64,000 nt of DNA from Flectonema sp. DT1601 (taxonomy: Eukaryota). Both the position numbers and the translations under genes were made by a program. Within the stretch, counting starts at the first letter, position 1. Every line of letters begins with the position of its first letter. The notes under the pieces are model-generated. The model saw only the letters and a program-made list of their open reading frames with translations, searched no databases and had not been told where the DNA came from. Location of the stretch: the NCBI GenBank assembly GCA_964019425.1, contig OZ025783.1, forward strand, positions 372,001-436,000, read 5' to 3'. Positions 24,407 through 35,621 of the stretch are shown here, in pieces.

Positions 24407-24655
24407 GGGAGACGTATGTTCGATTTTGTAAAAATTACAACTGTGTTGTATCATAAAAACATAAAGATAATTTAGCATAATAAAGTAACTATTAGGTTTC
24501 GAGAGTAATCCATATACCTCTTACCTCTATTCTCTCTCATCAGTATGGTGTAGAAGTAAGTCAGTCAAATGTTGAGAGTAGGACTGGAATGTAGTTACTT
24601 TAAATGTTTGTAATAAAAAACATAAAAAAAAAATTAAAATACTTTATCAAGTTCC
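24407..24655. mobile_element. Foldback/MITE-like element enclosing hammerhead-like copy 1
   Basis: Homologous to 38274-38565; inner inverted repeat AAAGTAACTA/TAGTTACTTT; G-run left end. Confidence 0.6.
24494..24560 (-). ncRNA. Putative pseudoknotted hammerhead ribozyme, copy 1
   Basis: Minus strand: CUUACUUCUA-CA-CCAUA-CUGAUGA-GAGAG-AA-UAGAGGUAAG-AGGU-A-UAUGG-AUUA-CUCUC-GAA-ACCU. Confidence 0.7.
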
Positions 24656-24660
24656 ATAGG

Positions 24661-24702
24661 AAGAATGCAAGGCAATACTAATACTGCTTGCCTTGCATTC
24701 TT
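24661..24702. repeat. Perfect 15-bp inverted repeat
   Basis: AAGAATGCAAGGCAA / TTGCCTTGCATTCTT with a 12-nt loop. Confidence 0.9.
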
Positions 24703-27192
24703 TCCAATTATTATTATTGTTGTTGTCGTTGTGTATTTATTTCCGTACTTTCAAGTTCATAAGTAATGGAAGGGCGGTGAAAAGAAATTGTACCAAGAAA
24801 ATCCATTGTTCGGTAGAGAGAGAATTGCGGCAGCGTAAACTTACCTAATCGACTTTATAAGGATTTTTGTACCAGTTTGCGCACAAATAAAAAAAAAAGT
24901 AAAAAAAAGTAAAGTTGGCTAACAAGCTCTCTCACAGGTAAAAACAAAACAAAATACTACTAATTGATCAAACGAAAAAAAAAGAGTGGGTTAGAAACCT
25001 GCACTGACACCAACAGATACGGAAACAGAAAGAACAAAAACCAGAGAATGAAGCTCAACAAGGTTCTGTGTTTCAACAATAAAAAACAAGAAGGGAGGGA
25101 AGAAAAAAAATAATAAAAAAGAGAAAATCAGATAAAGCAGCATCTTAGGAGAAGAAAAAGGGGGAAAAAAAAACACTCAACAAAAATGGAAAAACTGCCC
25201 AATAGAGATCACAGTTTTTCTATGAAACACATCATTGGTGAGTTTCCATTTGTCTGCTGATGCTTAATATATATTCGCTCTTTTTCTTTTTTAGAAAAAA
25301 AGATTTTTTTTTTTTTCTCCACGTAAAACATTTGTGTGGAATGTTCACACCCAAACTTCCACACATGCAAAAAAAAAAAAAAAAAAAAAGGAAAAAACTA
25401 AAAACCAAAAATGGGTGAGCAAGAATAAAAAACTTGGGAGAAAAAAAGTCCTCCATGACGAGTTTACAAAAAACGAAGAAGAAAAGATATGCCACACAAA
25501 AGGTTTATAACACTGGTACAACTAAATACCAACTCAGACTAACGTTTTCCATTATGTAGTGACGACACAACCTTTTCATCACGGTGAGATAGCAGCAACA
25601 AAAAAAAAAAAAAAAAAAAACCAAAATAGAGCATCGATAACGGATGTCACATTAACAAAGTGACCCCGAGTCGAGGAGAAAACAATTGGTTTCTAACTAC
25701 TTATATTCGTAGTGTGGTTTTGTTCATTGAAACCACAATCAGATTTCAGTCAGACTGTGAAAGCTAGTAAGGAATTCATAATGTTTACCTCCTAAAAAGG
25801 CTCGGGTTTTTTTTTTTTTCTCTAAAAAAAAAAAAAAGAAATATATGTCTTGTTAAGAAAACAAACATAATTATTGTTTACCTTTTCATACTGGGGGGAC
25901 TACTTGACATCAACTAAAAAAAAAAAGAAAAATGTCTAAATTTAAAAAAATAAATAAGTCAGCACATACGTTATTTGGATGACAAACACGAGACAGTCGT
26001 TAAGTTATAAACCTCGAAACTGAGCAAAACAAAAATAGAGTTCAGCTAAACATAGTTGCCATGCAAAAAAAAGACCAACAAATGTACTGTCGAACACGGA
26101 GACTCGGAGGCATTCCCTGTAGACTTTATCAAACTCGTACCCCTTAAAGGGATACAAGTGTGACTTATAAATAATAATCTCTTGTATTGCATCAAAAAGT
26201 TAACTAACATAAACAATTAGTAATTTATGAGACAGTGAGGGGGGAAAGGAGGGAAATCGATTTTTTTTTTTTTTTTAAATTTTTTTTTTATCAAACCACG
26301 TGGAGAGAGTTATCTCCCAGTCGAAGTTGGGAGAACCAGAAAATTTATGCATCAACCGACCTGCTTTTGCACAAGTTACAATATGAGTTTATTATAAAAT
26401 AGGGCACTAAATCGAAATATATAATTAAATAAAAAGAAGTGTGGAATATTTCAACAGAATATAAAAAAACTGATTAATGTCCATCGGAGCTCGCCAGGAA
26501 GGGTTCCATCTCTTCAACCGCTGTTCGTTTTATAACGAGTGCGAGTTCCTCTTCATCGGAGCTGTAGTCTTCTTTCTTGCGCTTTTCATTATCGTCGGTG
26601 AGGAGTAGAATTCCTTCATTCAACGATGTGCATGGTCGTTATCATTATTATTATCCTGCGGTAGAGTTTTTCCTTAAATCATGCGAAAACAATATTCTGG
26701 ATGTTTAAAATATCCGTCAAAGTAGTCGAATGATAGACGTCGGTCTGTCACTCCTTCGACAATGTCTCGAAGGATCAAAGGAGATATGGGCTACTAAGTA
26801 GTACTAGCCTTGTTTAAAATGAATGCGGCGACTATTTTGAGTACTCCAGGGGACCGAGATCCACGAACTGGTGGATATCTGTTGTGTTTTTGTTTGCTTG
26901 CTATCCCCAGAACAGTTAAAGATACCCCATTCGGGGGATAGTTTTTGATCGCCAAGTTCTACTGGTTGATGTTCGTAGAACGTTTGTTGCAGTTTTTGCA
27001 AATAACTGAAATTATTTATTCGGTTTAAATAAAGATGGTCTGCAACAAGATTCGTAGGAGTATGGCAGTTCCCATCGATTCCTGAGCAGTGGGGGCACTA
27101 TGCCAGCCGAGGCTAACTTTGTCGTCAACGTTATGGTTTCGCCTGCTTGCACAAGTTAACACTTTGTGCCAAACATCTCCACTACTAACACT

Positions 27193-27760
27193 TCACGATA
27201 GTGTAAAGTCTTGAAAACCAGACTTTGGTTGTTGCAAAGCAGAGCAATTCTTCTTAACAGAATGCACAATTTGAAAATAAAAACGTCTCATCGCCCTGAT
27301 TGAAGAAATAAACTGGTGGCGGTACTCCCTATTATATGATAGTCTAAGTCTGTCTGTATCGTCACCAGCCAGCTTTGGATTGTTTAGGTTCACCTTATCT
27401 CTTAATATCTGAGTCATATCACCGACTAATCGCGTGACTTCGTTTGCAGTATTTTGTAATCCGTGAGTAATTGTCACTTGAATTTCTGCTCCAAATTCAT
27501 CGCCGCATTCGATTTTTTCTGTTCTCATACTAATCCAGTGTTGGACAGTTGCAATACAGTCTTTGAGCTTTCTGTGTTCATCAATGGCGATGAGTTGTTG
27601 ATCTTTAACATAATCACATTTAATAGTATTTAATATTTTATCAAGGTTACTAATATTTTCAACTATAGTCACATTCAGAGTCTCTCTCATGTCCGTATCA
27701 GCTTCCGCGTAGGCATTTTCTAACTGAGTGAGAATTTCAGTCTTAAAGAGAGGTTCAGAC

Positions 27761-27762
<2 letters not shown>
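27193..27762 (-). CDS. Proteasome activator PA28/PA26 (11S)-like protein
   Basis: KIECGDEFGAEIQ resembles the activation loop IEDGNNFGVxIQ; RRFYFQIVHSVKKNCSALQQPK resembles the PA28 C-terminal helix. Confidence 0.7.
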
Positions 27763-27799
<37 letters not shown>

Positions 27800-28295
27800 T
27801 ACCCTATTGAAAATTGTGAGGGTGTAAACTTTGTTATGATAGACTAGAGAGTTTTTTAAATGAGGTTTTTTTTCTTTTTTTTTTTTCTTGCTTTTATTCT
27901 CAGATCAATTTGGTTAAATTCGGTGTGTTGATGTTCCTGTTATAATAATGAGGTTGACATAAATGGTGGAAAAAAAAAGGGAACGGGGAAGAAAAAAAAC
28001 GATTCGCTCTGAACACTATGGTTCATTACAAGAAGTTGCGGTAAGCGCAGGTAACTATATCTTATCGTATCTTACTTCTATAACATCATTCATTACCTTG
28101 GCAAATATCGAGAAAGAGACAAAAAAAAAAAAAAAAACGCCGTCAGTAAGCTTCACAGTTCTATCCGTACTGTCGCACTGTAAGACTTATTTTATTTTCA
28201 AAAAAGATGAAAAAAATATTGTTAACAATTGTTGCGGTAAGTGCACTTGTTTTTTTTTTTTTTTTTTTGTGTTTTTTCAACCCCCACAGAGCAGT

Positions 28296-28691
28296 TTATT
28301 CTTCCAACAAAACTGCACATCCCGTACCAGTCATTGAGGAAAGTGTTATTTTTGCTTGAATGCGGATTTTAGTTCCATCCAGTCTGTTTTTTGTTGGATA
28401 TGATTAAATATTGAATTTCACACCACAAAAAACTGAACTCATCCACAACAAGAATACATACTTAATCGGTTGACCAACTAATGAATATACCCCCTCTTCA
28501 AGGGTTCCTTTTTCAATCTTAGAATTTAGTGACGTCACACCCTTCCCAGGTCTGGTTTCAAAATCAACAAAACAATGACCAGTTTCAATATGTTTATTGA
28601 ATGCTTCCTCATCAGGTTTACCATCTGCATCCAAATAAGGTGCTTTGATATTCTGTTCTTTAGCAAGTCTGCTACAAAGATCGTTAGTCAT
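28296..28691 (-). CDS. Hypothetical ~105-aa protein (exons 28691-28462, 28383-28296)
   Basis: AA|GTATGT...AAAACAG intron 28384-28461 gives an in-frame second exon; 5' end uncertain. Confidence 0.55.
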
Positions 28692-28860
28692 TTTTTGATG
28701 GATTACTGATTGGGTAATTGTTTATTGACTCTTCGTTACTGAAGAAAGAGATATAGAAATTAGAATGGAAAAAAAATAAAGAAAAGAGCAAATTAGTTCT
28801 CCTGAAATTCTTTTTTGTTTCTTCTTTTTTTTTTTTTCTTAGAAAAAAACTAACTTTTAA

Positions 28861-28897
<37 letters not shown>

Positions 28898-29012
28898 ATT
28901 CAGATTAGCCTTATATTTAGACAGAATCCTGTCGCACGGAAAAATAAGTCATGACCATAAGAAATAACGGCTTTCAATCTGAATAGTTTCTTCTCCGACT
29001 ACGTCGGTATAA
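28898..29012. repeat. Structured dispersed element, copy 1 (copy 2 at 58262-58357)
   Basis: TTCAGATT-AGCC...GGCT..AATCTGAA stem, a small second hairpin and an A-rich tail in both copies. Confidence 0.7.
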
Positions 29013-29189
29013 AAAAAATAAAATGAAATAAGGCAACTCGTGTAAATAGCAGAAAGAAAAGAAACAAAAAAAAAACAAGAAAACTTGTGCCCACCACAGT
29101 TTTGTGCGTTTTTTTTTTTTTTTTTAAATTATTTAACAAAGGGCTACACAATCAAACAACAGCCTGTTGACCCAAAAACCTACTAATTA

Positions 29190-31898
29190 TTAGACTGATT
29201 TTTTTGATAAAGACGTCACTCCATTCCATGGTGGTCTCGGTTGGTTAAGTTTCTGTTGATCAGATGTACTCACATTGTCTTTACGACCATCCCAAGTAAC
29301 TGGTTTTGACATATCAAGTGGGATACCACTTCTTCTGTATGATGATCTGTGACTAAGATCAGTTGACGGTGATGGAAGTAGATGATTTAGTTTTAGTTTT
29401 TCCCAATTGGTAGGTTGCTTGTTTGATGAATCTTCATCATCAGATTCCGAAATAGATAAATCTTTATAAATATTATGAGGATCTTTACTCGGATGATATA
29501 AAGGAATAGGCTTACCCGAAGCAACGTCTTCTATCAACGCGGATTGCTTTGGAATGATAAATGAACCATCAGGAACTTCTGGCAGACTAATATCTGAATT
29601 CCATTTACTAGAATTCCAACCAGCAGTAGGTACGTTTGGTTCTCCTTTTCGCAATTGAGTTGTCACTCTGGATATGAATTTCGATGCATCAGTTTCAGAT
29701 TGCCTTCTCTTTAATATTTCATGTTGTTCTCTATCACCGTTTTCAATATCAGATTTTTTAATAACAGGCACCGACATACTTCTGTTTACCAAATTATTTT
29801 CAACAGGAGGAGGTTGACAACTCGATGAGGATACCTGATGGGTGTCGCTAACAGGTGTTGGTACATCTATCATACTAGAACGTGTTGTAGTATTAGTGTT
29901 GGAGGTTTGTTGACGTGTATTTTGAATTACATTAAAACGGCTGTTCGATGATAATGAACTCTCCTCTACTGGCGATTGAATTCGTACCTTTGAAGAAGTT
30001 TTCACCGGTTTTTGGTTTCCTGTTGTCGGATTGAAATCATAATCGAGATGCAAATCAATTTTAATTTCACCAGGTTTTGGTGTGATCGTACCAGCAGTCA
30101 TAGAAAGTGAATACGTTTGAATTAAAATATCTCTTTTAAGAGCCAAGCATTCCCTCCAGTCGTTATCAGTGGTAATATTTATCCTGTCATCGTCGCTATC
30201 AAAGTACGATATTTTAAAAGCAACTGAACTAAGTTCCTTATTATCCTCAAGGTACTGATTTACTAAAGAATCATGGAGTTGTTTATATGTAATTCTGTAA
30301 GGTGTTGATAGTATTTTTATGTCTCCCTGGGGGAAGAATGCCTTTATTCGAAGTCGGTGTAATGTGTCGAGTCGTTTTTCGAGTTCTTTTAATTTCCGAG
30401 AAGTGTTTCCGGTAAAATTCATATCATCTGAACGAGTCAGGAGATCAGCGATGGTTCCGTTTTCGCAATATGAGATGAACTGTTCATCTGAGAGTTGCAA
30501 ATATTCCGTCGACTCTGTCACTACTTCAATTTCCTTCCTACCTTCTGAGTATCTGATGCATGTCTCTTCATATTTAACAGTGCATTCAGGTGTCCAGATG
30601 TTATTGTTAAAGTGATCGAGGTACATATCAAATTCTTCTGTTTTGGTTTTTTTTTTTTTTTTTTTGTATTATTTACATTGGAAGAAGGGAATAATCATAC
30701 CTGTCGTGGGTGGAATGACTTTCCCATCAACCCCAACCTGCGGTGTTTTTTCCAAATAAATCCCTGAATTCTTAAGGAACGTATTCGTTCTTATTATCGC
30801 TGAAGAAAGCGATTCTAAATCTTTTGCATAACGCAAGTCATTGATTATATTGGAAACTTCTGTATGCGACTCTAAGAACTGTTCTGCGTCTCTTAAGGTG
30901 CTGTCGGTGTCCTTCATTCCGACCTCTTCCGCATGTAGGATTGCAGATTTGATGCGATCAACATCAGAGCTTTTCATTGCATTGGTCAAAGCTTGTCTCG
31001 CATGTTCAGATTTACTTTGATGTGAAATAGCGTTTGATGCTATTTTTGTTGTTTCAGAAATGACGTTTTCAGGTACATTTAACTGCCGTAGTCTGTCAAT
31101 ACAGCGTTTCCGAGCATCATCTAGTAATGTTATATCACAAGGATGTTTTATGGTAAGTTGTCGTAGCTCTTCCTTCACAGTTGATACTGTGTTCCTTTCA
31201 AGGGTTAATCCTTCACATAATTTTAGTAGTGGTTTGATCATTGATGAGTTTATTCCCCAATCTCCTCTCTGCAATGTTTGAACACATCTTTTTATTACAT
31301 TCTCATCACGTCGGAGAATTCCACACAGTAATTTTAATGAAAATGATATTAAACCAGACTTCGATTGAAGCCTTGAAGTTAAAACGCAACATAAATCGTA
31401 CAACTCACCATCTGACCCACACATATCGTTAACTGTATTCAATGAGTCGGATACACCGTTAACGAGTGTTTGAATTTGATTGACTTGTGATGATAGATTA
31501 TTTGGTGTTGTGAGTTTTTCTAAATCACTCAACGATGAAATTGACATCAACGACAACGTGCTTACAGCAATCTCATCAAGAGATCTGCAATTCTTGATTA
31601 GATGACTGCTAGCGCGTTTGATCCTTGAAGGTAATCTCGATTCCCAATGCGACAATAAAAAGTGATATCTTCCATCTTTTCCGTTTATATTTATAATTTC
31701 ACTTTCAAGTTTTAACAACTCATCGATGAGAGTAATGTATACCCGGATCGATTCTGGACATGAATTCGTCGATTTTAAATCGTTCTTTTCACTCATCAAA
31801 TCCCTTTCAGAAGCAATTTTCCACAACGCAATTGCAGCATTTTCTGTATGTTGGTTGGTCGCACATCCAAGTATATTTTTTACATAGCTGTTGCTCAT
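29190..31898 (-). CDS. PB1-domain-containing protein (exons 31898-30701, 30637-29190; ~881 aa)
   Basis: Phase-1 intron G|GTATGA...AAAACAG (30638-30700) joins both ORFs. PB1 OPCA motif FKISYFDSDDDRINITTDNDWRE. Confidence 0.8.
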
Positions 31899-32789
31899 AG
31901 TATTTGTTTGATCAGGTTACCAAGCTGGTTCTATACATGCTTTTTTTTTTTTTTTTTTTTAAATTAATTATTTCTACCTTTATGAAAATATAAATTAAAA
32001 AAAGCACAAACAGTACTATAAAGAAAAAGGTAGCTGTGAATTTTTTTTTTTTTGGTTTTTTTTTTTTTTTTTTCCTTCCTGCACAAGTCCTAAAATGTCG
32101 GGTTTTGTTCCTGTCTTCATTCTTTAGTAGAACGTGCTAGCAGATCTAATGAGCAGTTATTATTATATGGAAACGTAAAAACTCGAGGACGTTGCTTTTG
32201 TTTTGTCGGTGGACTTCCTCGACCATCTCTTGCAGAGTAAAAAGAAAAAAGGGAAGGTGGAGGGGAAGAAAAAAGAAAAAAAAAAAGAAAAAGAAAATTG
32301 AAAAAGACAAGGAAAAACACTTTGCGTAGGTGAAAATTCGCAAGGAATTGTGGTTATTTTTTTTTTTTTTTTTCTCCTCTAGACATCCACCCTTGTTTCT
32401 CAGAATAGAACATACTAAGCAAGATTACCCATGTATACCTGCGGTCTTGTCTACCCTTGTGCCATCTTTATTTTACTTTTTTTTTTTTTTTTACCTTTCA
32501 CACACTAAAATAGTCGCACCGACAAAGGAGATTCTCATTTTTTTTTACTTTTTTTTTTTTTTCCTTTCTGTTTTTTTTTTTTTCCAGACTTTTCGCAACG
32601 TAGATCCGTTAAGTCAGCATGTTTGTTTTTATTTTTATTTTCTTGTTCCCACCCTGGCCTAGTTATAGCTCAACCAGAACGCAACAAACGGCGCAAATTA
32701 CTTTTATTTTGTTTTTTTGTTTTTTTTTTTCGATCGCTGAGTGTAAGCTTGTGAGCGCCAGCCAGGCCCATCTAATGTGTCAGAGCTTC

Positions 32790-33433
32790 CTATTCTCCCT
32801 TTCTGTTGCTGTTTCTGTACTCGTAATCCTCGTATAACTGTTTTGTATATGAATTAGTGTGTTTTTTTGTTTTTTTTTATAACAAGTCTACTAAAAAATA
32901 CAAACCTTTTCTTCTTCAGCATCAGTAAACGGAGTGTCGACTTTAAAAAGCCTGTAGAAATCTTCAGCGTCTTTTACTCCTCTTACGAGATTCGCCATTG
33001 AGGCTGCAGCAAAGTCTCTGAGAGGCTCACAGTTTAGATATTGAGAAGCTCTAAGGACTAGAAAGATGTTATCACACTTCGACGGATCACCATTTTCAAG
33101 AAGATCATGTTCGTAGTAGTTCAGTAAGAATTCCTCACTTCTTAAAGTTTCCTTTAAATCCTCCTTAAGAGGCTGCTCCAAGTCAAGCTTTGGTGGCCAC
33201 TCACCAATGTTGTACTCTAAGTACTTATGTATCTTTCCAATCGTGTCAGATCGAATTTCAGATAATGGAACCTTTACTTCTCCCTTTTCTTCATTCATAA
33301 GTTTATTCAAAACTGTGCAGGTCGTTGCCAATTTCTTTGGCAATACACACGCCATTGAATCAGAGCATTCCAGTACAATGTTTTCATTAAAATTAACTGA
33401 AGGATATTGATCAGCAATAGGCATAGTCTCCAT
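32790..33433 (-). CDS. SKP1: SKP1-like protein (exons 33433-32906, 32837-32790)
   Basis: IVLECSD, VPLSEIRSDTIGKI, LVLRASQYLNCEPLRD and LFKVDTPFTDAEEEK. Intron 32838-32905 has a CACTAAT branch-like site. Confidence 0.8.
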
Positions 33434-33754
33434 TTTTTAAAATTTACTTTTTTAAGTAGCCCCCCTGCCAGTCCTGTTTAATAATACTTGTTAAAGAGAA
33501 AACACAAACAAAGTCCCTTACATTACGTCACCTGTTATAATACACAATAAGATAATTGTAATTAAGTATCCTTCATAAAGAAAATCATCAGACTGAGGAC
33601 TCATTGAAGAATAAAGAGAGGGGGGGAAAAAAATAATAATAATTAAATTCTCAACGTAAAAAGGACTGCCCTAAGGTTAGACATATTTCAGGCAATGGTG
33701 AGATCGTGTTTTTTAAAGGAGGGGTAGCAAGTATCAAGAAACTTTTTTTTTTTA

Positions 33755-34993
33755 TTAATATTCTTGTGAATAATCTTTTTTAGGCTCGTGTGGTTGGTGT
33801 AGAGCCGCCTCATCAACTCCACCATAAGAAGACAACAGCATTTGATTGTTTTCTGCATCTGTGTATCCCATGGCGTATAAACTGTCTTCTCTATCAAGGA
33901 GGGTTTGTTCAGAGGAATTAATCGCTTTTATTGTTTTGTCAATGTCACCACCAAATGCTTCTAAGAATCTATCATTATCAACGTATCCCATGAAAGCTAG
34001 CGTTGATCTCTGACTAGCATATGGGTCGTTCGGTGAGATTGACACCACTGAAGTGGTCGTGTTTGAAAATAATTTTTTGAGCCTGTCGTCGGATTCTGCC
34101 CTTGCGACAGGACAGCCAAAGTAAAAAGACGTTTCGAGTGACTCTTTCGACTCGATGAGATCATCTTCCGATACTTGTATAACAGCCAGTTCATACCAAA
34201 GATTCTTACTTTGAGGACAAACCTCAATAGCTTGTTGTATTATATTCTTAGCATCTTGTGAATGATAATAAGTGTGTGTTATTACTTCCATTGGGAATTC
34301 ATCAGTTGGGATTGCAACACCATCTTTTATCACAGCACATCCACTAAATAATATCTCACTGGGTAGGGGTTCATTCATCGATCGTTCGATAGCATTATTA
34401 CCAAACATTATTTCGAGGATGTCGCGAAAAGTTTTGTTCTTAAATTTAAAATTTGGAATTTCTGGTGCGCTTGCTACGATCAAACTGCCAATCACCTCAT
34501 CATTAGACACAATAACTTCACTATGAAGTGACTGAGGTGGTGCTGTTGGAATCTCTTGTGATGGCGGTGCAGTTGGTTTCTGTTGTCCTGCAGGTTGTGA
34601 AGAAGAATTTTCTTGCTCTCTTACGAGTGAGGAACACTCATTCAATTGAGTATCAAGCTGTGCTTGTGATGACGAGATAATTGATTCTTGTTCTCTCAAA
34701 GAAGACACTACCGTTGACGTTGGTTTATAGATAGGCGTCACAGTCAATTCTAAGACCTTACAACCCGATTGCTTGAAAACTGAAACGCATTCCCTCCACT
34801 CCATCTCAGAGTTGTTCCCAACAGTAATATCATCTCCGTCAGAATCTCTATAACTGATTGCGACGTCGGTGTCAGTAATCCATCCACGACACTTGTCTAT
34901 TACGTTATCAATTGTTGGGTTGGTTAATCGTATCCTGTGTAGCCGATCTTTTCCATCATTTTTAATTACTCTTACTTTCAATGGAATCTCCAT
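33755..34993 (-). CDS. PB1 + two UBA-like domain protein (p62/NBR1-like architecture)
   Basis: N-terminal PB1 (LKVRV...ISYRDSDGDDITV); C-terminal LAFMGY..FGGDIDKTI and LYAMGY..YGGVDEA. Confidence 0.75.
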   Translation of the reverse strand: MEIPLKVRVIKNDGKDRLHRIRLTNPTIDNVIDKCRGWITDTDVAISYRDSDGDDITVGNNSEMEWRECVSVFKQSGCKVLELTVTPIYKPTSTVVSSLREQESIISSSQAQLDTQLNECSSLVREQENSSSQPAGQQKPTAPPSQEIPTAPPQSLHSEVIVSNDEVIGSLIVASAPEIPNFKFKNKTFRDILEIMFGNNAIERSMNEPLPSEILFSGCAVIKDGVAIPTDEFPMEVITHTYYHSQDAKNIIQQAIEVCPQSKNLWYELAVIQVSEDDLIESKESLETSFYFGCPVARAESDDRLKKLFSNTTTSVVSISPNDPYASQRSTLAFMGYVDNDRFLEAFGGDIDKTIKAINSSEQTLLDREDSLYAMGYTDAENNQMLLSSYGGVDEAALHQPHEPKKDYSQEY

Positions 34994-35621
34994 ATTGACA
35001 ACTGAAAAAAATAAAGTAAAAAGTAACGAATCACCTGAAAATTACTAATTTGGATTCTCCCTTCAAAACCCGACCACATTATTATTATTTTTTTTTTAAA
35101 AAAACGTCACTAAGTAAGTTTGCTCACATAGATCTATAGCCTACATAAAATTTCAGTTTTTTCTTTTTTTTTTTTTTTTAATTTGCCGGGAAGAAAACAC
35201 ATGCTAGTACGGTTCTTTTACTTTTCGTTGTCTGCTGGAATTCTATCTGAGAAAACTGGTAAGTCCTTTTTTTTTATTTTGAATTTCAAAAAGACTAAAA
35301 ACAGCTCTGCTTCTGAAGGAAAAAAAAAAAAAGCAAGAGGGTTGACATCCGTACATTTTTTTCATAATGAATAATATAATATCATATAATATAATTGTCA
35401 TTATTATACACGAATTGTCATATTTTGAAGGGGAAACAAAAAAAAAAAAAAAAAAAAAAAAGTACAACCAGATCCTCTTCCACCCGGAAGATCCCTTAAA
35501 ACTTAAATAGCAGCAACACCTATTACACAGCGACTGAACAGAACTTAACTAATGATGAATAGACCTTTTGTTCTCTAAAAGATCCCGTAATGCGACAAAG
35601 TTACTACAAAACTTTTATTGA

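Noticed and set aside
26475..27001. Coding-like acidic segment and a 65-aa ORF
   Set aside because: Could not build a stop-free spliced model; possibly a gene remnant.
32805..32822. GTTTCTGTACT resembling the euglenozoan spliced-leader 3' end
   Set aside because: Short match antisense to SKP1 exon 2; no remaining SL sequence or donor site.
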